Shown: in pieces, positions 1 through 13,880 of the stretch
How positions within the stretch are numbered: the first letter of the stretch is position 1
Layout: each line of letters begins with the position of its first letter
Source of the DNA: Octopus bimaculoides
Lineage: Eukaryota
Assembly (NCBI RefSeq): GCF_001194135.2
Contig: NC_068994.1
Coordinates: forward strand, 44,358,710-44,422,709
DNA: 64,000 nt
Direction: 5' to 3'
Notes under the pieces: model-generated
What the model was told of the DNA's origin: nothing
Database searches by the model: none
Seen by the model: only the letters and a program-made list of their open reading frames with translations
Position numbers and translations under genes: made by a program

Positions 1-510
1 TTTCTTTTCATTACACACAATGTTCATGCTGTAATGAACTCTTTTTCAAAGCTTTTGAAATAAAGTGAGATTACATCAAACAAGAATCAAAACTGCATCA
101 CAGTCATACCTTGTCTGAGACTTAATTCTTGCTCTTTGTAACCTGCCATGTTTCAACATTAAATATTGTGTTCTCATTGAACTTAACTTGTATCCTAAGC
201 AACAACAGCATTTGATCTCGCTTTTCTTTGCAAATCTAGACAGGAAGGACAGGAAGCCCAGCTTGGGATTTTTCACTTTTCATAGCAATTGAATTCCTCA
301 AACATCTTCAAGAAACTCTTTACTTTGTTTGTCTGCTGCCAGTAAAATCACAGCTGACAAGAAAGTTTCTACATAGTTGTTTGGCTTGGTAGAAATAACA
401 GCCAAGTATTTCTTAAAACATAACCAACCATCTCAAAAAAAAAAAAAAACAACTTTGGAGCATATTGGACAAAATAGCCCCAGATACACCATGTTTGATC
501 ACAGCTAGAA

Positions 511-950
511 TCATCATCATCATCATCATTGTTTAACGTCCACCTTCCATGCTAGCATGGGTTGGACGATTTGACTGAGGGCTGGCGAACCAGTAGGCTG
601 CACCAGGCTCCAATCTGATCTGGCAGAGTTTCTACAGCTGGATGCCCTTCCTAATGTCAACCACTCCTTCTGAGAGTGTAGTGGGTACTTTTACGTGCTA
701 CCAGCCCGAGGGCTAGTCGGGTGGTACTGGCAACAGCCATGCTCAAAATGGTGTTTTTTATGTGTCACCTGCACATGAGCCAGTCCAGCAGCACTGGCCA
801 CGACCTCGCTCAAACGTTTTTTCACGTGCCACCGGCACAAGTGCCAGTAAGGCGACACTGGTAACGATCATGCTCAAATGGTGCTACTTATGTGCCACTG
901 GCACGGAAGCCAGACAGCTGCTCTAGCAATGATCACGCTCGGACGGTGCT
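511..950 (-). mobile_element. SINE-like retroposon with (GAT)n tail (other copies 2602-2940-, 22188-22470-, 31025-31183+, 43859-44032-, 53270-53440+, 53685-53805+, 55780-56065+)
   Basis: Shared body GTGGTTGGCGTTAGGAAGGGCATCCAGCTGTAGAAAC...CCAACCCATGCTAGCATGGAA...GACGTTAAACGATGATGATG. Confidence 0.85.
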
Positions 951-1835
951 CGTCTTTGATAATAGCTCAGCTTATTCAGAGCTGATGTAAGGTTAAACTA
1001 GAGCAACAACGACAACAACAACACATCAATAACAACAACTGTTATAATATAAAAAGGCACAGAGCTAAATAATGAAAGACATTTAGTCCCGTATTTTAGA
1101 ATTTCGTCTCTCTGCTGTCTATTTTCATTAATATAATATTAATGATATTTGGTACCCCCAGATTATCAATTAATAATTGTATGAACAGTTTTAGTGTAGG
1201 ATATTTAATCAAAGAGATTGGTATTGATTCTTCTCTAATTGAAAGAAGGTAAGCAACTAAATCAACATGGGAACATCTATATAGTCACCCAGCCTATTTA
1301 AACCTCATGTGGGGACTGAATGTTCTAAGGCCAAAAACTTCGAGGATATGTCCACAAACACAGAATTGCCACAACTAATAATCTGCCTTAACAGTTAGCT
1401 ATTATTGAGCCTTAAATCTACTAAAACAGAGTAACCTGGGTTTTCAACAACACAAAAGACCAATAAATAATTTGGACAATGAGACTTATGATAAACTGCC
1501 TCTAGTTTTATAATACATGAGAGAATCATAAGAAACTACCTCTAGGTCTATGATACACAAGAAAGTTATAAGAAACAAGATTGGCTCACTAGATTATGTC
1601 AGCTACTGTTTAATTATAAGTTCATCATGAATAAGGTATGCCTGGAAAATTAGTATATTCATCCACTGGAAGAAGGCTCCTGATATTGCCAAATGAAAAT
1701 TTACCAATCCTATGCAAGGAGCTGTCTTTACTGAAGTCATAGATAACGTTGATGTCTAAAAGTTATGAGATGTCTGCATTTGAAGAAAGGATAGATGCCT
1801 ACAATAGCAGACAACAATGCAATTGAGTTGTTTTA

Positions 1836-1884
<49 letters not shown>

Positions 1885-1923
1885 GATTTCTTCTTTGTGA
1901 TATAATCTTGGGAAAGAACATAT

Positions 1924-2026
1924 TTGCGGCTGAAGATAGCTTTAAACCATCCTGTCTATCAATTATATACCCATATAATGATGCAACGACTGTTTGTATA
2001 TAAAGCTTGAAACACGTGTACCGCAG
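1924..2026 (+). ncRNA. Type I hammerhead ribozyme motif with long stem II insert
   Basis: TTGCGG-CTGAAGA-T-AGCTTTA...TAAAGCT-T-GAAAC-ACGT-GTA-CCGCAG. Stem I TGCGG/CCGCA, stem II 7 bp, palindromic stem III ACACGTGT, GUA triplet. Confidence 0.7.
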
Positions 2027-4628
2027 AATCCTTTGTGTTCTGTTTTAATTTTACGTTTTTAATTTTTACNNNNNNNNNNNNNNNNNNNNNNNNNNNNNNN
2101 NNNNNNNNNNNNNNNNNNNNNNNNNNNNNNNNNNNNNNNNNNNNNNNNNNNNNNNNNNNNNNNNNNNNNNNNNNNNNNNNNNNNNNNNNNNNNNNNNNNN
2201 NNNNNNNNNNNNNNNNNNNNNNNNNNNNNNNNNNNNNNNNNNNNNNNNNNNNNNNNNNNNNNNNNNNNNNNNNNNNNNNNNNNNNNNNNNNNNNNNNNNN
2301 NNNNNNNNNNNNNNNNNNNNNNNNNNNNNNNNNNNNNNNNNNNNNNNNNNNNNNNNNNNNNNNNNNNNNNNNNNNNNNNNNNNNNNNNNNNNNNNNNNNN
2401 NNNNNNNNNNNNNNNNNNNNNNNNNNNNNNNNNNNNNNNNNNNNNNNNNNNNNNNNNNNNNNNNNNNNNNNNNNNNNNNNNNNNNNNNNNNNNNNNNNNN
2501 NNNNNNNNNNNNNNNNNNNNNNNNNNNNNNNNNNNNNNNNNNNNNNNNNNNNNNNNNNNNNNNNNNNNNNNNNNNNNNNNNNNNNNNNNNNNNNNNNNNN
2601 NCATCATCATCATCATCATCATCGTTTAACGTCCTCTTTCCATGCTAGCATGGGTTGGACGATTTGACTGAGGACTGGTGAAACCAGATAGCAACACCAG
2701 GCTCCAATCTGATTTGGCAGTGTTTCTACAGCTGGATGCCCTTCCTAACGCCAACCACTCAGAGAGTGTAGTGGGTGCTTTTACGTGTCACCCGCATGAA
2801 GGCCAGTCAGGTGGTACTGGCAACGGCCACGCTCAAAATGGTGTATTTTATGTGCCACCCGCACAAGAGCCAGTCCAGGGACACTGGCAATGATCTCACT
2901 CGAAAGCAACGATCTCGCTCGAAAGCAACGATCTCGCTCAATATATAAATAAAAAGTAAGTTCAATGCTTCTATTTTAATTATTAATCTGTAATATATCT
3001 ATCAAACCTTTAATTTTCCAAGTTGAAGCCTTTGTCTATATCTTTACAAAACATATTCAATATGAGGTTGAATTTGCCTTTCATCCCCTTGCGGGGGGTT
3101 AATAAAATAAGTACCAGTTGAACTTTGAGGTCAGTATAATTGACTTAATCCCTCCCACCAAAATTAGCTTTGTGCTAAAATTTGAAATAAGGCGACAAGT
3201 TGGCAGGAATATTAGCATGCAAGGTAAAATGCTTAGTAGCATTTCATCTATCTTTACATTCTAAGTTCAAATTCTGCTGAGGTCGACTTTGCCTTTCATA
3301 CATTGGGTGTCAATAAAACAAGTACCAGTCGAGTAGAGTACAGAGGTCAATGTAATCAATTTACCCACTTCCCCAAAATTGCTGGCCTTGTACCACAATT
3401 TGAAACCAATATCTTTACAAAACATGTATAATGAAAAAGCTTTGTATTAAGCTGACCTGGGAAACATAATCCATGTACAAGAAAAAGTGGGGTGGGGGCA
3501 TGGAAATATTGAAAACTTTGAGGACTTTGTAGATGCAAAAGTGCCATCTCTCATTAGCACACTGGGCAAAAATGCTTGGCAGCATTTTGTCCTTTTTTAT
3601 CTTCTGAGTTCAAATTCCACCAAGGTCAACTTTGCCTTTCATCTTTTCAGGATTGATAAAGTAAGTACCAGTTGAATACTGGGGTCAATGTAATAAACTT
3701 ACCCTGCTCCCTCGAAATTCCTGACCTTGTGCCAAAATTTGAAACTAATATGTCACAGAAGAGATAAAAGGATGTATTCAATACTGTTAAGCTGAGTGAA
3801 TATCTAGTTTCATTGCTAACTATGTCTATAAACCATGTCTTAAATTTCTTAATCACACAAAGAGTAAAAGGTCTTTTCTAAGTCAACATCTAATGCAATT
3901 GGTTAGAAACTTCCAAATCTCCTTATGGTTACCCAACCACATTAGCAACATCCATAAATGATGCTTATCTCCCAGTCAATGATATCATAATTATATTTAT
4001 TAAAATGAAAGTTAAAAATTCATAGTTATTAGTTCATTCATTCTATTTCAGTTTCATTTCAATTAGGGAATAGTGCTTTTATTGATCTGGCACTCTCCAG
4101 GAACATAGCATTCTGTTCCTAAAAAGTTACAATAAAAGAAAATTGAAGTTTTTTTCTTTAAAATCTTCTTACATAAGCAATTACTATCGCTAATTGATAT
4201 TTTCCAGATTCTCAATAGAGTTAAATATGGAAAATATCAAACCAAATTTTTTTTTCTTTTTCTACCTAATTTCCTGCATTCATGATTTGTTTTTTTGGTA
4301 GGGTTTTTTTTTTTTTTCATGCAGACTTGAATTTTTTTAAGGCATTTTATCAATACGGATGCATTTCTAAGCCCTAAAAAGAGAATCAAGTGCTTTTTCT
4401 CCTACTGGAATAGCTAAAGTAAATAGGAAATATCCTGAAAAAAAAAATAATAATGAATATTTTTGCAGCATGAAACTAAACTCTCACTCTATGGATAGAG
4501 TCAACTCTCTGCCATAACATTGCTGTATAACAATGTATTCAATAGAAGCATTAGAAGCAAACATGTAGCATTTAATAAGAGAGCTCATTTGTGAATGGTA
4601 GTTATATCATTACAGTATTAAATTTTTT

Positions 4629-4660
<32 letters not shown>

Positions 4661-5084
4661 AAGGCTATGGAAGAGGAAAAAGGATACTGACGGTAAGAGT
4701 GAAATTAAAGTTAATATTTATTATACTCGTTAAGGCTGTGAACTGGCAGAATCATTAGCACGCTGGGTAAAATGTTTTGTGGCATTTCATGCCTTTATGT
4801 TCTGAGTTCAAATACTGCCAAAGTCAGCAGTGCATTTTGTCCTTTCAGTATTGATAAAATAAGTATTAGGTGAATGCTGGAGTTGATGTAAATAACTTAC
4901 CCACCTCCTACCCCGAAATTGCTGGCCTTGTGCCAAAATTTGAAACCAATATTTATTATGTTGGTTCATACTTGCTCTCCCCACTTGGTAGGCAATGCTA
5001 GATTTTAGATTCATAATTTATTTTCTACTATCAATCTTTTCTAGACATTTCCCAAAATTATAAATGATGATGATGATGATGATG

Positions 5085-5116
<32 letters not shown>

Positions 5117-6469
5117 TATCTTCATCATTATAATCACATGGAAGAGTGTAAAGATAGTGATAGTAGGAGTAAAATTAACATCAATATTTATTACAGTGTT
5201 CAAATTCTGCCAAGGTCGATTTTGTCTTTAATCCTTTTGGGGGTTCAATAAAGTAAGTACCAGTTGACCTCTGAGGTCGATGCAATCAACTAGCCTCTCC
5301 CCTGAAATTGCTGGCCTTGCGCCAAAATTTGAAACCAATATTTATTAAACTTGCATATATTTGTCCACCTCATCATGACTGTCAGCATCACACTAGTCTT
5401 CAGAAAATATTCTAAGTCTTCAATCCAAAACTTACAGATTAATATTGAAACTATAAGGGTAGGAGCAGTGAGAATGATATAGGAGCAGTGAGAATGATAT
5501 AGGAGAAAGTGATGAAGGCAGATCTCACAAGGGAGATGGCAAGGAATCCTAACAAGGTTTGAGGTGCAATACTGGAGAAAACTCATGCAAGCATAGTGAG
5601 GATTTCTCTAACTATTAGCAAAATAAAATAAATCTGATAGTAAACTGCATAAGCAGTTTTTTTTTTTATTATTATTAGAAACCAAGTTGTACAGTGAAAT
5701 TACTAAATACATCAACACAAAAAAGATTTCTTCAGATATCAGAAATAACATGATATATTATGATACCCAGATTTGACTTTAGAATCTATAACAATCAACA
5801 ACTGAATCCATACATAATACAATCAACATCTAAATCCACATCAATATGGTCAACTTGTAACTCTGCCAGAACACTGTCAACCGCACATCACTATAGGATC
5901 ATCATTCGATATACAATACCTAAACCCGACCATACACATGGCCTGAGACATGCAACATAGGCTATTCTGAATGATCTTTAAATGTCTGTTGTTATCTATA
6001 ACAACAGATTTTTGCAAGCTTCTGTTGTTATAATGTAAACCTCTGACCTTACAAAGACCTCTTTCAGTTTCTAATCGTTTGTCCCATTGATGGTCTGCTT
6101 TCTCTTCCTTACACTCCAATAAAACCACATACTGAATGACACATGTAACATATAACCTTTCAATTCTGCTCAGTCAGCTAAAATAGCCTCTTTTATGCTT
6201 CTTCAAATATGGTTTTATAATATGTATTTAACGTGAAAGCAGATTAAGCAAAAGTCAATGTATTGTATGGAAAGATTTGGCCCCAGTAAAAATATATTAA
6301 TGGTCAAGATTTCGTATGGTTAAGAAGCTTGCTATACACAACCACATGGTACTGAGTTCAGTCCCACAGTGCGACATCTTCAGCAGGTGTCTTCTACAGT
6401 AGCCCTGGGCCAACTAAAGCCTTGTGAGTGAATTTGGTAGACAGAAACTGTGTGGAAGTCCCTCATATA

Positions 6470-6687
6470 CAAATAGATACATAGATACATACACACATAC
6501 ATACATACATACATACATGCACACATACATACATACACACACACATACACACATACATGCATAGATAAATACATACATACATACATACACACATTCATAC
6601 ATACATACATACACATACACATACACACATAAATACATACATACATGCACACACACACATACACACACACATACATACATACATACA

Positions 6688-6720
<33 letters not shown>

Positions 6721-6750
6721 GCATGCATGCATGTATGTATTATGTATGTA
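6470..6750. repeat. Representative compound microsatellite (ACAT/AC); similar AT/AC/AGAT/CAT/AAT arrays occur throughout and border most N gaps
   Basis: Direct inspection; also e.g. 8250-8470, 8735-8895, 14540-14640, 36590-36910, 41110-41320, 55270-55530. Confidence 0.95.
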
Positions 6751-7269
6751 ACCAGTGTTGGCTTGTTTACATCCCTGTAACTTAACAGTTCAGCAAAAGA
6801 AGCTCATTGAATAAGAAACAGGCTTAAAGAAATAAAAACCAAGGTCTATTTGTTCAACTAAATCCACCAAGGTGGTGCTCCAGCATAGCCACAGTACAAT
6901 GACTAACACAAAAAGAAATGAATAATAAGACAAGAGATAGTGGTTCATTTCCTCAAACATCTATCTTATGGAACGCTCTTTCTTTTAGTTTCCTTTATGA
7001 ATATAATCTTGTTTGTTTCATATCTTGGGTTGACCATTTTATGGTTCTTTTAGAGCAGCTTTTCATTAGATTTATTTTGTTTCTTTTTCTTTTTTAACAC
7101 CCAAGAAACAAAGTGATTGCTTATGAACCCCTTTGATTACTATTTTATTCTGGTGAACCCCTATAGCCATTCATTGTTTAAAAACTACATTTATAGAAAC
7201 TTCTCTCAAAATTCCTATTTTGTTTTTCACACATTAACTTGTGTGGGTTGAACTAATCCTGCACCTATA

Positions 7270-7446
7270 GGCACATGAGTGGCTGTGTGGTAAGTAGCTT
7301 GCTTACCAACCACATGGTTCTGCGTTCAGTCCCACTGCGTGGCACCTTGGGCAAGTGTCTTCTACTATAGCCTCGGGCCAACCAAAGCCTTGTGAGTGGA
7401 TTTGGTAGACGGAAACTGAAAGAAGCCCGTCATATATATGTATTTG

Positions 7447-7525
<79 letters not shown>

Positions 7526-7712
7526 AACATCACTTGACAACTGATGTTGGTGTGTTTACATCCCCGTAACTTAGCGGTTCAGCAAGAGAGAACCGATAGA
7601 ATAAGTACTAGGCTTACAAAGAATAAGTCCTGGGGTCGATTTCCTCGACTAAAGGCAGTGCTCCAGCATGGCCACAGTCAAAATGACTGAAACAAGTAAA
7701 AGAGTAAAAAGA
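7270..7712 (+). mobile_element. Full-length tRNA-derived CORE-type SINE with internal (TG)n (other copies e.g. ~6310-6910+, 15545-15915-, 19780-20960-, 27770-27960+, 30595-30750+, 53455-53670-)
   Basis: Head GGCTGTGTGGTAAG...GTTCAGTCCC, CORE-like GGCACCTTGGGCAAGTGTCTTCT, tail CCAGCATGGCCACAGTCAAAATGACTGAAACAAGTAAAAGAG; many dispersed copies. Confidence 0.85.
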
Positions 7713-8245
7713 GAAAGAAATCTAACTGTTTCTTGCAATACGTACCAATACATATATCTGAAGCAGAATTTTTCCAGGAGTCCTTAAAATTCTATTGTGG
7801 ATCCCCAGTTTACTAGTTTGCTGCATGGACACCACCACCCTACAATCATGGACCCTAGTTGGGAACTACTGGCTTAAAGCCTGCTTTACTGCTGGTTGTT
7901 TGCCTACATACTGAGAACACAAAATGAGCCATAAAGAATGCAATGCATTAGTAGGAAGAATATAAACAATCAAATTCAAAACCCAAGTTTTGGTGATATG
8001 ACTGCTTATTATAAAATAAAATAATTTATAGAATATGGAGCCCATACAAACTCCTAAAGATTGAAATAGTATTCCAAATGAAAATTAATATTAAAATAGC
8101 TTGGTTTCACTTTGCCATAAGTGAAATTTAATTTTCAGCCATCATATTAAAATTTCAAGCATCTTCACATTTAATAAGGCACTTGAACTTTAATAAGACA
8201 TTGTAATGTATTTAGGAAGAAATAAATTGTTAATTGCTAAATTAT

Positions 8246-8281
<36 letters not shown>

Positions 8282-8310
8282 GCACATGTACACACATACA
8301 CATGCACACA

Positions 8311-8358
<48 letters not shown>

Positions 8359-8738
8359 TACATATACATATATACATATATACACACATATATACATACA
8401 TATATATATACTTACATGCATATATGTATATATACTGTTTATATACACATACATACATATGTGTGTGTGTTACATAAATACACAGTCAGCACCTCTTTGT
8501 AATTAAATTATTATTTAATCATTTAATCTAATTTCTTCATGCCACTTAAATATTTTTACTAACATTTCTATATAACAAATTAGTTACTAAAGACCCAACA
8601 AACAATGGCAAAAGGTTCTACTTCCACTAATGCAGCTCAGGGCCAGAAACCTCCAGACTAGTGTCCCTTACTGACTTCTCAAGATAACTGGGTTTACTAA
8701 TCCCAGATATTTTTCTTAATTATTGCTTCGTAGTCTTT

Positions 8739-8781
<43 letters not shown>

Positions 8782-8782
8782 G

Positions 8783-8826
<44 letters not shown>

Positions 8827-8847
8827 CGGACAGGTAGGCAGGCAGGC

Positions 8848-8894
<47 letters not shown>

Positions 8895-9419
8895 ATGACA
8901 GTTGATGAAGGCAACATTTTTGTTCTGTCTATTGAATATTTTATCACTTGTGTCCATTCTTTACATTAATGATTGCCAACACAAACAGCCAAATTTACCC
9001 ACGTCATTTACATGCACATGCACACACACACACACACACACACATAAATATATAAATATATATATATATANNNNNNNNNNNNNNNNNNNNNNNNNNNNNN
9101 NNNNNNNNNNNNNNNNNNNNNNNNNNNNNNNNNNNNNNNNNNNNNNNNNNNNNNNNNNNNNNNNNNNNNNNNNNNNNNNNNNNNNNNNNNNNNNNNNNNN
9201 NNNNNNNNNNNNNNNNNNNNNNNNNNNNNNNNNNNTACATACATATGGTGGTTGTCTACTCCTTACACAGAGTGTGACCACTTCCTGCACCTACACCTTA
9301 GCCCTTTCATGACGTCCGATGTGGCTTTTTAAACCAGACAATGTTTTGAAAAAATACCCACACAGATTGCACCTCTGATTTGTACCACCAATACATACAT
9401 ACATACATACATACATACA

Positions 9420-9451
<32 letters not shown>

Positions 9452-10572
9452 CATGCATACACTATATAAGTGAGAGCATTTATGTGTGTGTGCATGTGTG
9501 TGTGTGTATTGCGTGTGTCTGTGTATTGTGTGTGTGTGTGTGTGTGCACATACGCACACGTGCATGCCTGCATGTGTGTGTGTGGTTTACAGACCATATG
9601 AGAACATTAGATATAAGCATTGAGATACTGAACAAGATACATTAATATACCAAGTTCAGTTGACCATGCTTTGTGTGTCAAATATTTTTAAACTTAGTCA
9701 AAAATAGTAAATGAACTATACTTTGAAGTGTATTATAATTAATTTATTATTTACCTGTTAGAAATATAAACTGTCATATAAAATCACAAGGAGGAAATTC
9801 TCTATTGGCACTAAAGATTGGAATTTCAAGGTTAGGTTTCTAGAAAAGTCTTTTATCTTAACTTGTAATAGATTTAGCACTGAATTGGGAAGGAATCTTT
9901 CCACTACAGTTGGAAAACAGATTTTTAATGTTTTTTATTGTATTTCCCTTATGGACAAATAGGGTTTCTATCATAAAGGCTTTTACTAATAAATTTTAAA
10001 AACTGCAAATGTAAACATGTTTATAGGTGTGGGTTTGGGACACATGGACAACCTTCGACTTTTCCCATCCAAAGGCTTTTTAACCCAATATGTATTCATT
10101 AATTTATAGCGTTATTTCTTTCAAGATTCACCATTCCAAAAAAGAATTGCAAATTTGTTTCTCATTATAGCTTTAAAGATGTAACTTCTAAGTTCTAATA
10201 TACAAATATCTAAATATATTTTATTATTAAATGTATAAATTTTTAAGTGTATAAACTTTTAAAGAAAAAGATATTATTATAAATCAAAGTATAAACCAAG
10301 ATCTATAAATCAAACAGAAAAATGAACAATTTCTTATTGAAATTATCTTACTGTAGTTTACATTCTTTTAGATTTTCAAGGACTATACTTTAGCTAAATA
10401 TATTCCATTAACTCCCAGCAGGTTTTCCTTTAATTGTGTTTAAGCCTTGCTATTTGAAAAATAAAAACAGTAGTAAGAGATTGTGTTGAAAAAAAAAACC
10501 TGTCCAACCAATCCATGCAGGCATGGAAAGCAAACATAAAATGAGTATACATACGTATACACATATATTTAT

Positions 10573-10623
<51 letters not shown>

Positions 10624-10989
10624 CATACAAACAATATATAAGTATATGCATATATATGTACATGTATGTACATACCTTCATCTACATGTACATATAGATA
10701 CATATCTGGGTACATGACATTGCAAAAAAACATGGACAAAATGATAAACAAGGTACAAAACACAAGCAGGCCACATAGAGAACATATCCTTCATCAGCTG
10801 CCACCATTAAAACACTGGCGTTTCGAAGAGTTATATATACATANNNNNNNNNNNNNNNNNNNNNNNNNNNNNNNNNNNNNNNNNNNNNNNNNNNNNTATC
10901 ACCTGATGAACTAGACTAGCAGATGTTGTTTTACCTTGCTGATCACAATGTGCCACTCAGCCTGGCAATCAGCACTAGACCATATATGT

Positions 10990-11030
<41 letters not shown>

Positions 11031-12212
11031 GGAGAATTTGTTTTTGAAAATGCACCTGAATTTGAAAAACTTGTAATTGTTTTTAGATAAATTTATTTAT
11101 ATACATGCCAAACTAGTTTCAACAATTTTTTGTTTGTCAATGGTATAAACGTATATAAAACAATGGGACTTTAACAATTTAAGATTGCAAAGTAGAAAAC
11201 ATATTTAAATGATTAAATCTTCTCAGAATTCAATGACAGGGGCAGATAATATCAAAAACGATCGATGAAGAATATAAAAAATGTGGATTACTAAAAGTTC
11301 AGTCATACTGAGTTATTATACAATATGTGGACAAGAGAGAAATAAGAAAAGAAGAGAGTGAAGAAGAGGTTTTTCTAGTTTCTGTCATCTTATGTGTGAT
11401 TCTTTTTTCCATCAGAAAAACAACTAGATACAACAAACATAATTCAAAACCTTTAGTAACAGTCTTCCACCTGGGTTTCAAAACTGCATCTCCCAATCAC
11501 TATACAATAACACCATACACCTCAAACACCAGTTGCTGATGTCACCTACCTCTAGACCAATGAAATCTTACCACCAATCAGAACTGAACCCTTAAGTAAA
11601 ATATACAAACTGACCTCTTAAGAGAATCAACCAACTGGAACGGTTGATGACCATTCCATACAGGGAAGTCAACCAAGCAGAACATCAAACTTGACCACCA
11701 GAAAGAATAAGTTGTCATAGGAATTATAATGAATCTAAAATTAAATCTGTCTGCGGAAATCATATACATATATATATATATATATATACACTGATTCCGA
11801 AACACTCCATTAAAAGCGAGAAACCCTGAATGCAACAGAAAAAGGAATCACACACAAGATGACAGAAAAACCCCTTTATTTACTCTCTTCTTTTCTTATT
11901 TCTCTCTCTTGTTCACATATTCTACAATAACTCAGTATGACCGAACTTTTAGTAATCCACATTTTTTATATTCTTCGTCGATCGTTTTTGATATTATCTG
12001 CCCCTTTCATTGAATTTTGTGAACATTTAATCATTTAAACATGTTTTCTACTTCACAATCTTAAATCGTTAAAGTCCCATTCTTTTATATACGTTTATAC
12101 CATTGATAAATAAAGAAATGTTGAAACTAGTTTGGTATGTATGTAAATAAATTTATCTAAAAACAATTACAAGTTTTTCAAATTTAGTTAGATTTTCAAA
12201 AACAAATTCTCC
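11031..12212. mobile_element. Fold-back/MITE-like element with ~380-bp inverted arms, TA flanks
   Basis: TA|GGAGAATTTGTTTTTGAAAAT (11031) and ATTTTCAAAAACAAATTCTCC|TA (12212). Arms ~11031-11410 and ~11838-12212 are reverse complements by inspection. Confidence 0.8.
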
Positions 12213-12950
12213 TATCTCCTTTTCCTGCATGGAAATACACTCCTTCTTTCCATATATATATATAAATATATATACATACATACATACATACATACATATA
12301 TGTGTGTGTGGGGGGGGGGNNNNNNNNNNNNNNNNNNNNNNNNNNNNNNNNNNNNNNNNNNNNNNNNNNNNNNNNNNNNNNNNNNNNNNNNNNNNNNNNN
12401 NNNNNNNNNNNNNNNNNNNNNNNNNNNNNNNNNNNNNNNNNNNNNNNNNNNNNNNNNNNNNNNNNNNNNNNNNNNNNNNNNNGTATGCTCATGTGAGTTT
12501 ATGAGTGCAATCATATACAAGTCCTTATTTGCATCCGGGTGAATGTGTGCAAAACTAAACTGCAGTTTGCCTACGGACTATGAGAGTGTTGTTTCTAAAT
12601 GGGCTGCAACTAGTGACATTTGTTGATATTTGTTGCCAACAAATTGTTCATAAGGCCTGGCCTTTCAAATTCCTTTGACATAAAATTATCCATTACTTAA
12701 AAACTAGATGTAGGTTGGTGACAAGAAGTGCATCTGGCCATAAAAATCCTACCTCTCTGCCTAGGCCATGCTAGCTTGAAAAACAGGTGTTTAATAAAAT
12801 GAACAAATGACATACATACATGTGTGTGTGTGTGTGTATAGAAAATTAATGTAAACAGTAGTTTGCAATGTTTCACCAAAAACGAAGATTGTAATCGTTC
12901 CTAAATGTGACTATGGCGTTTCTAACACCCTAGTCACATTTCATGACAAT

Positions 12951-12993
<43 letters not shown>

Positions 12994-13059
12994 ATAAAGG
13001 AAAAAGTAAGATAAACACAAAATGCTTCTTATACCATTTGTTCTCTATACATTTCACTA

Positions 13060-13880
13060 TTACAACTAGTTGCATCCCAATAGGTGTTCATCGTGTAATT
13101 GGATGCAGATTCACAACGGTCATGTTGGGCAGTATCCAAATTGCATCCATGGTGTACATGGAGGCCATGAAGTTGGTTCCCCAAAATGAGGACTGAATAA
13201 AGCTAATGGATGTAAATGACCTAACGATCTACTGCACTAATTTCAGGAAATCAGCCAATCACTTGACAGTCTTTCAGTCAGGTGGCCACACAAGCCAGAT
13301 TGACGATCTTTTCTCCAGAAAGCAGGATAGATATTTGCTCTTAAATGCAAAGAACATCCCAAGTGAAGAATGTATTCCTCAACATACACAATTAGTCGTT
13401 AATGATGTTGACTTTAGGCTAGGAGGCCTCCAGGAAGTAAACCAGTCTGGAAAAGGAAGATATGGAAGCTTAAGGGTCCTTTGAATATTCAGAAATATAA
13501 AGATGTCCTAAATGAAACATTTAATGAGAAGTATGAGGTGCAAATAGAGTCGTATAACATAGAGAACAACTGGAGGTTCCTTCAGAATAGCCTACTATGA
13601 GCCACAGATCAAATAGATGGCTGGTGCAAAGATCCAGCCAGATCTAAGATGACATAGTGGTGGAATAGTGAAGCAGACAGTGTCATAAGAACAAAGAAAC
13701 ATATGTGGAAAGATTGGAAGAGTTGGGGTAGTAAATAATTATGCCAGGGAAGGTAAGTGACAGGTATCTTTACCTAAGAGAAAAACAGAAAGGAAAAAAA
13801 TTGCCAGTGTTTTGAAGCATGAAGATTAGAGGCATGAGAAGTTCCAGATTGCAAGAGAGTGTGTCAGAGAAGATCATGCC
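13060..13880 (+). pseudogene. Decayed RTE-clade LINE fragment (endonuclease C-terminus and linker)
   Basis: HLTVFQSGGHTSQIDDLFSRKQDRYLLLNAKNIPSEECIPQHTQLVV, then NWRFLQ...GWCK...WWWN...KKHMWKDWK...; multiple stops and frameshifts. Confidence 0.75.

Noticed and set aside
76-276. 66-aa ORF with CCCC and a possible AAG|GTATGA donor
   Set aside because: No recognisable family, no clear acceptor, stops in the alternative frames.
2660-2710. CTGAGGA-CTGGT-GAAAC in the (GAT)n-tailed SINE
   Set aside because: Stem II cannot form in 5 nt and there are no compatible stems I/III, so not a hammerhead.
10899-10932. CAC-CTGATGA-A-CTAGACTAG-CAGATGTTGT remnant
   Set aside because: Resembles the 15136 family, but GAAA is destroyed and it abuts a gap; not listed as a feature.
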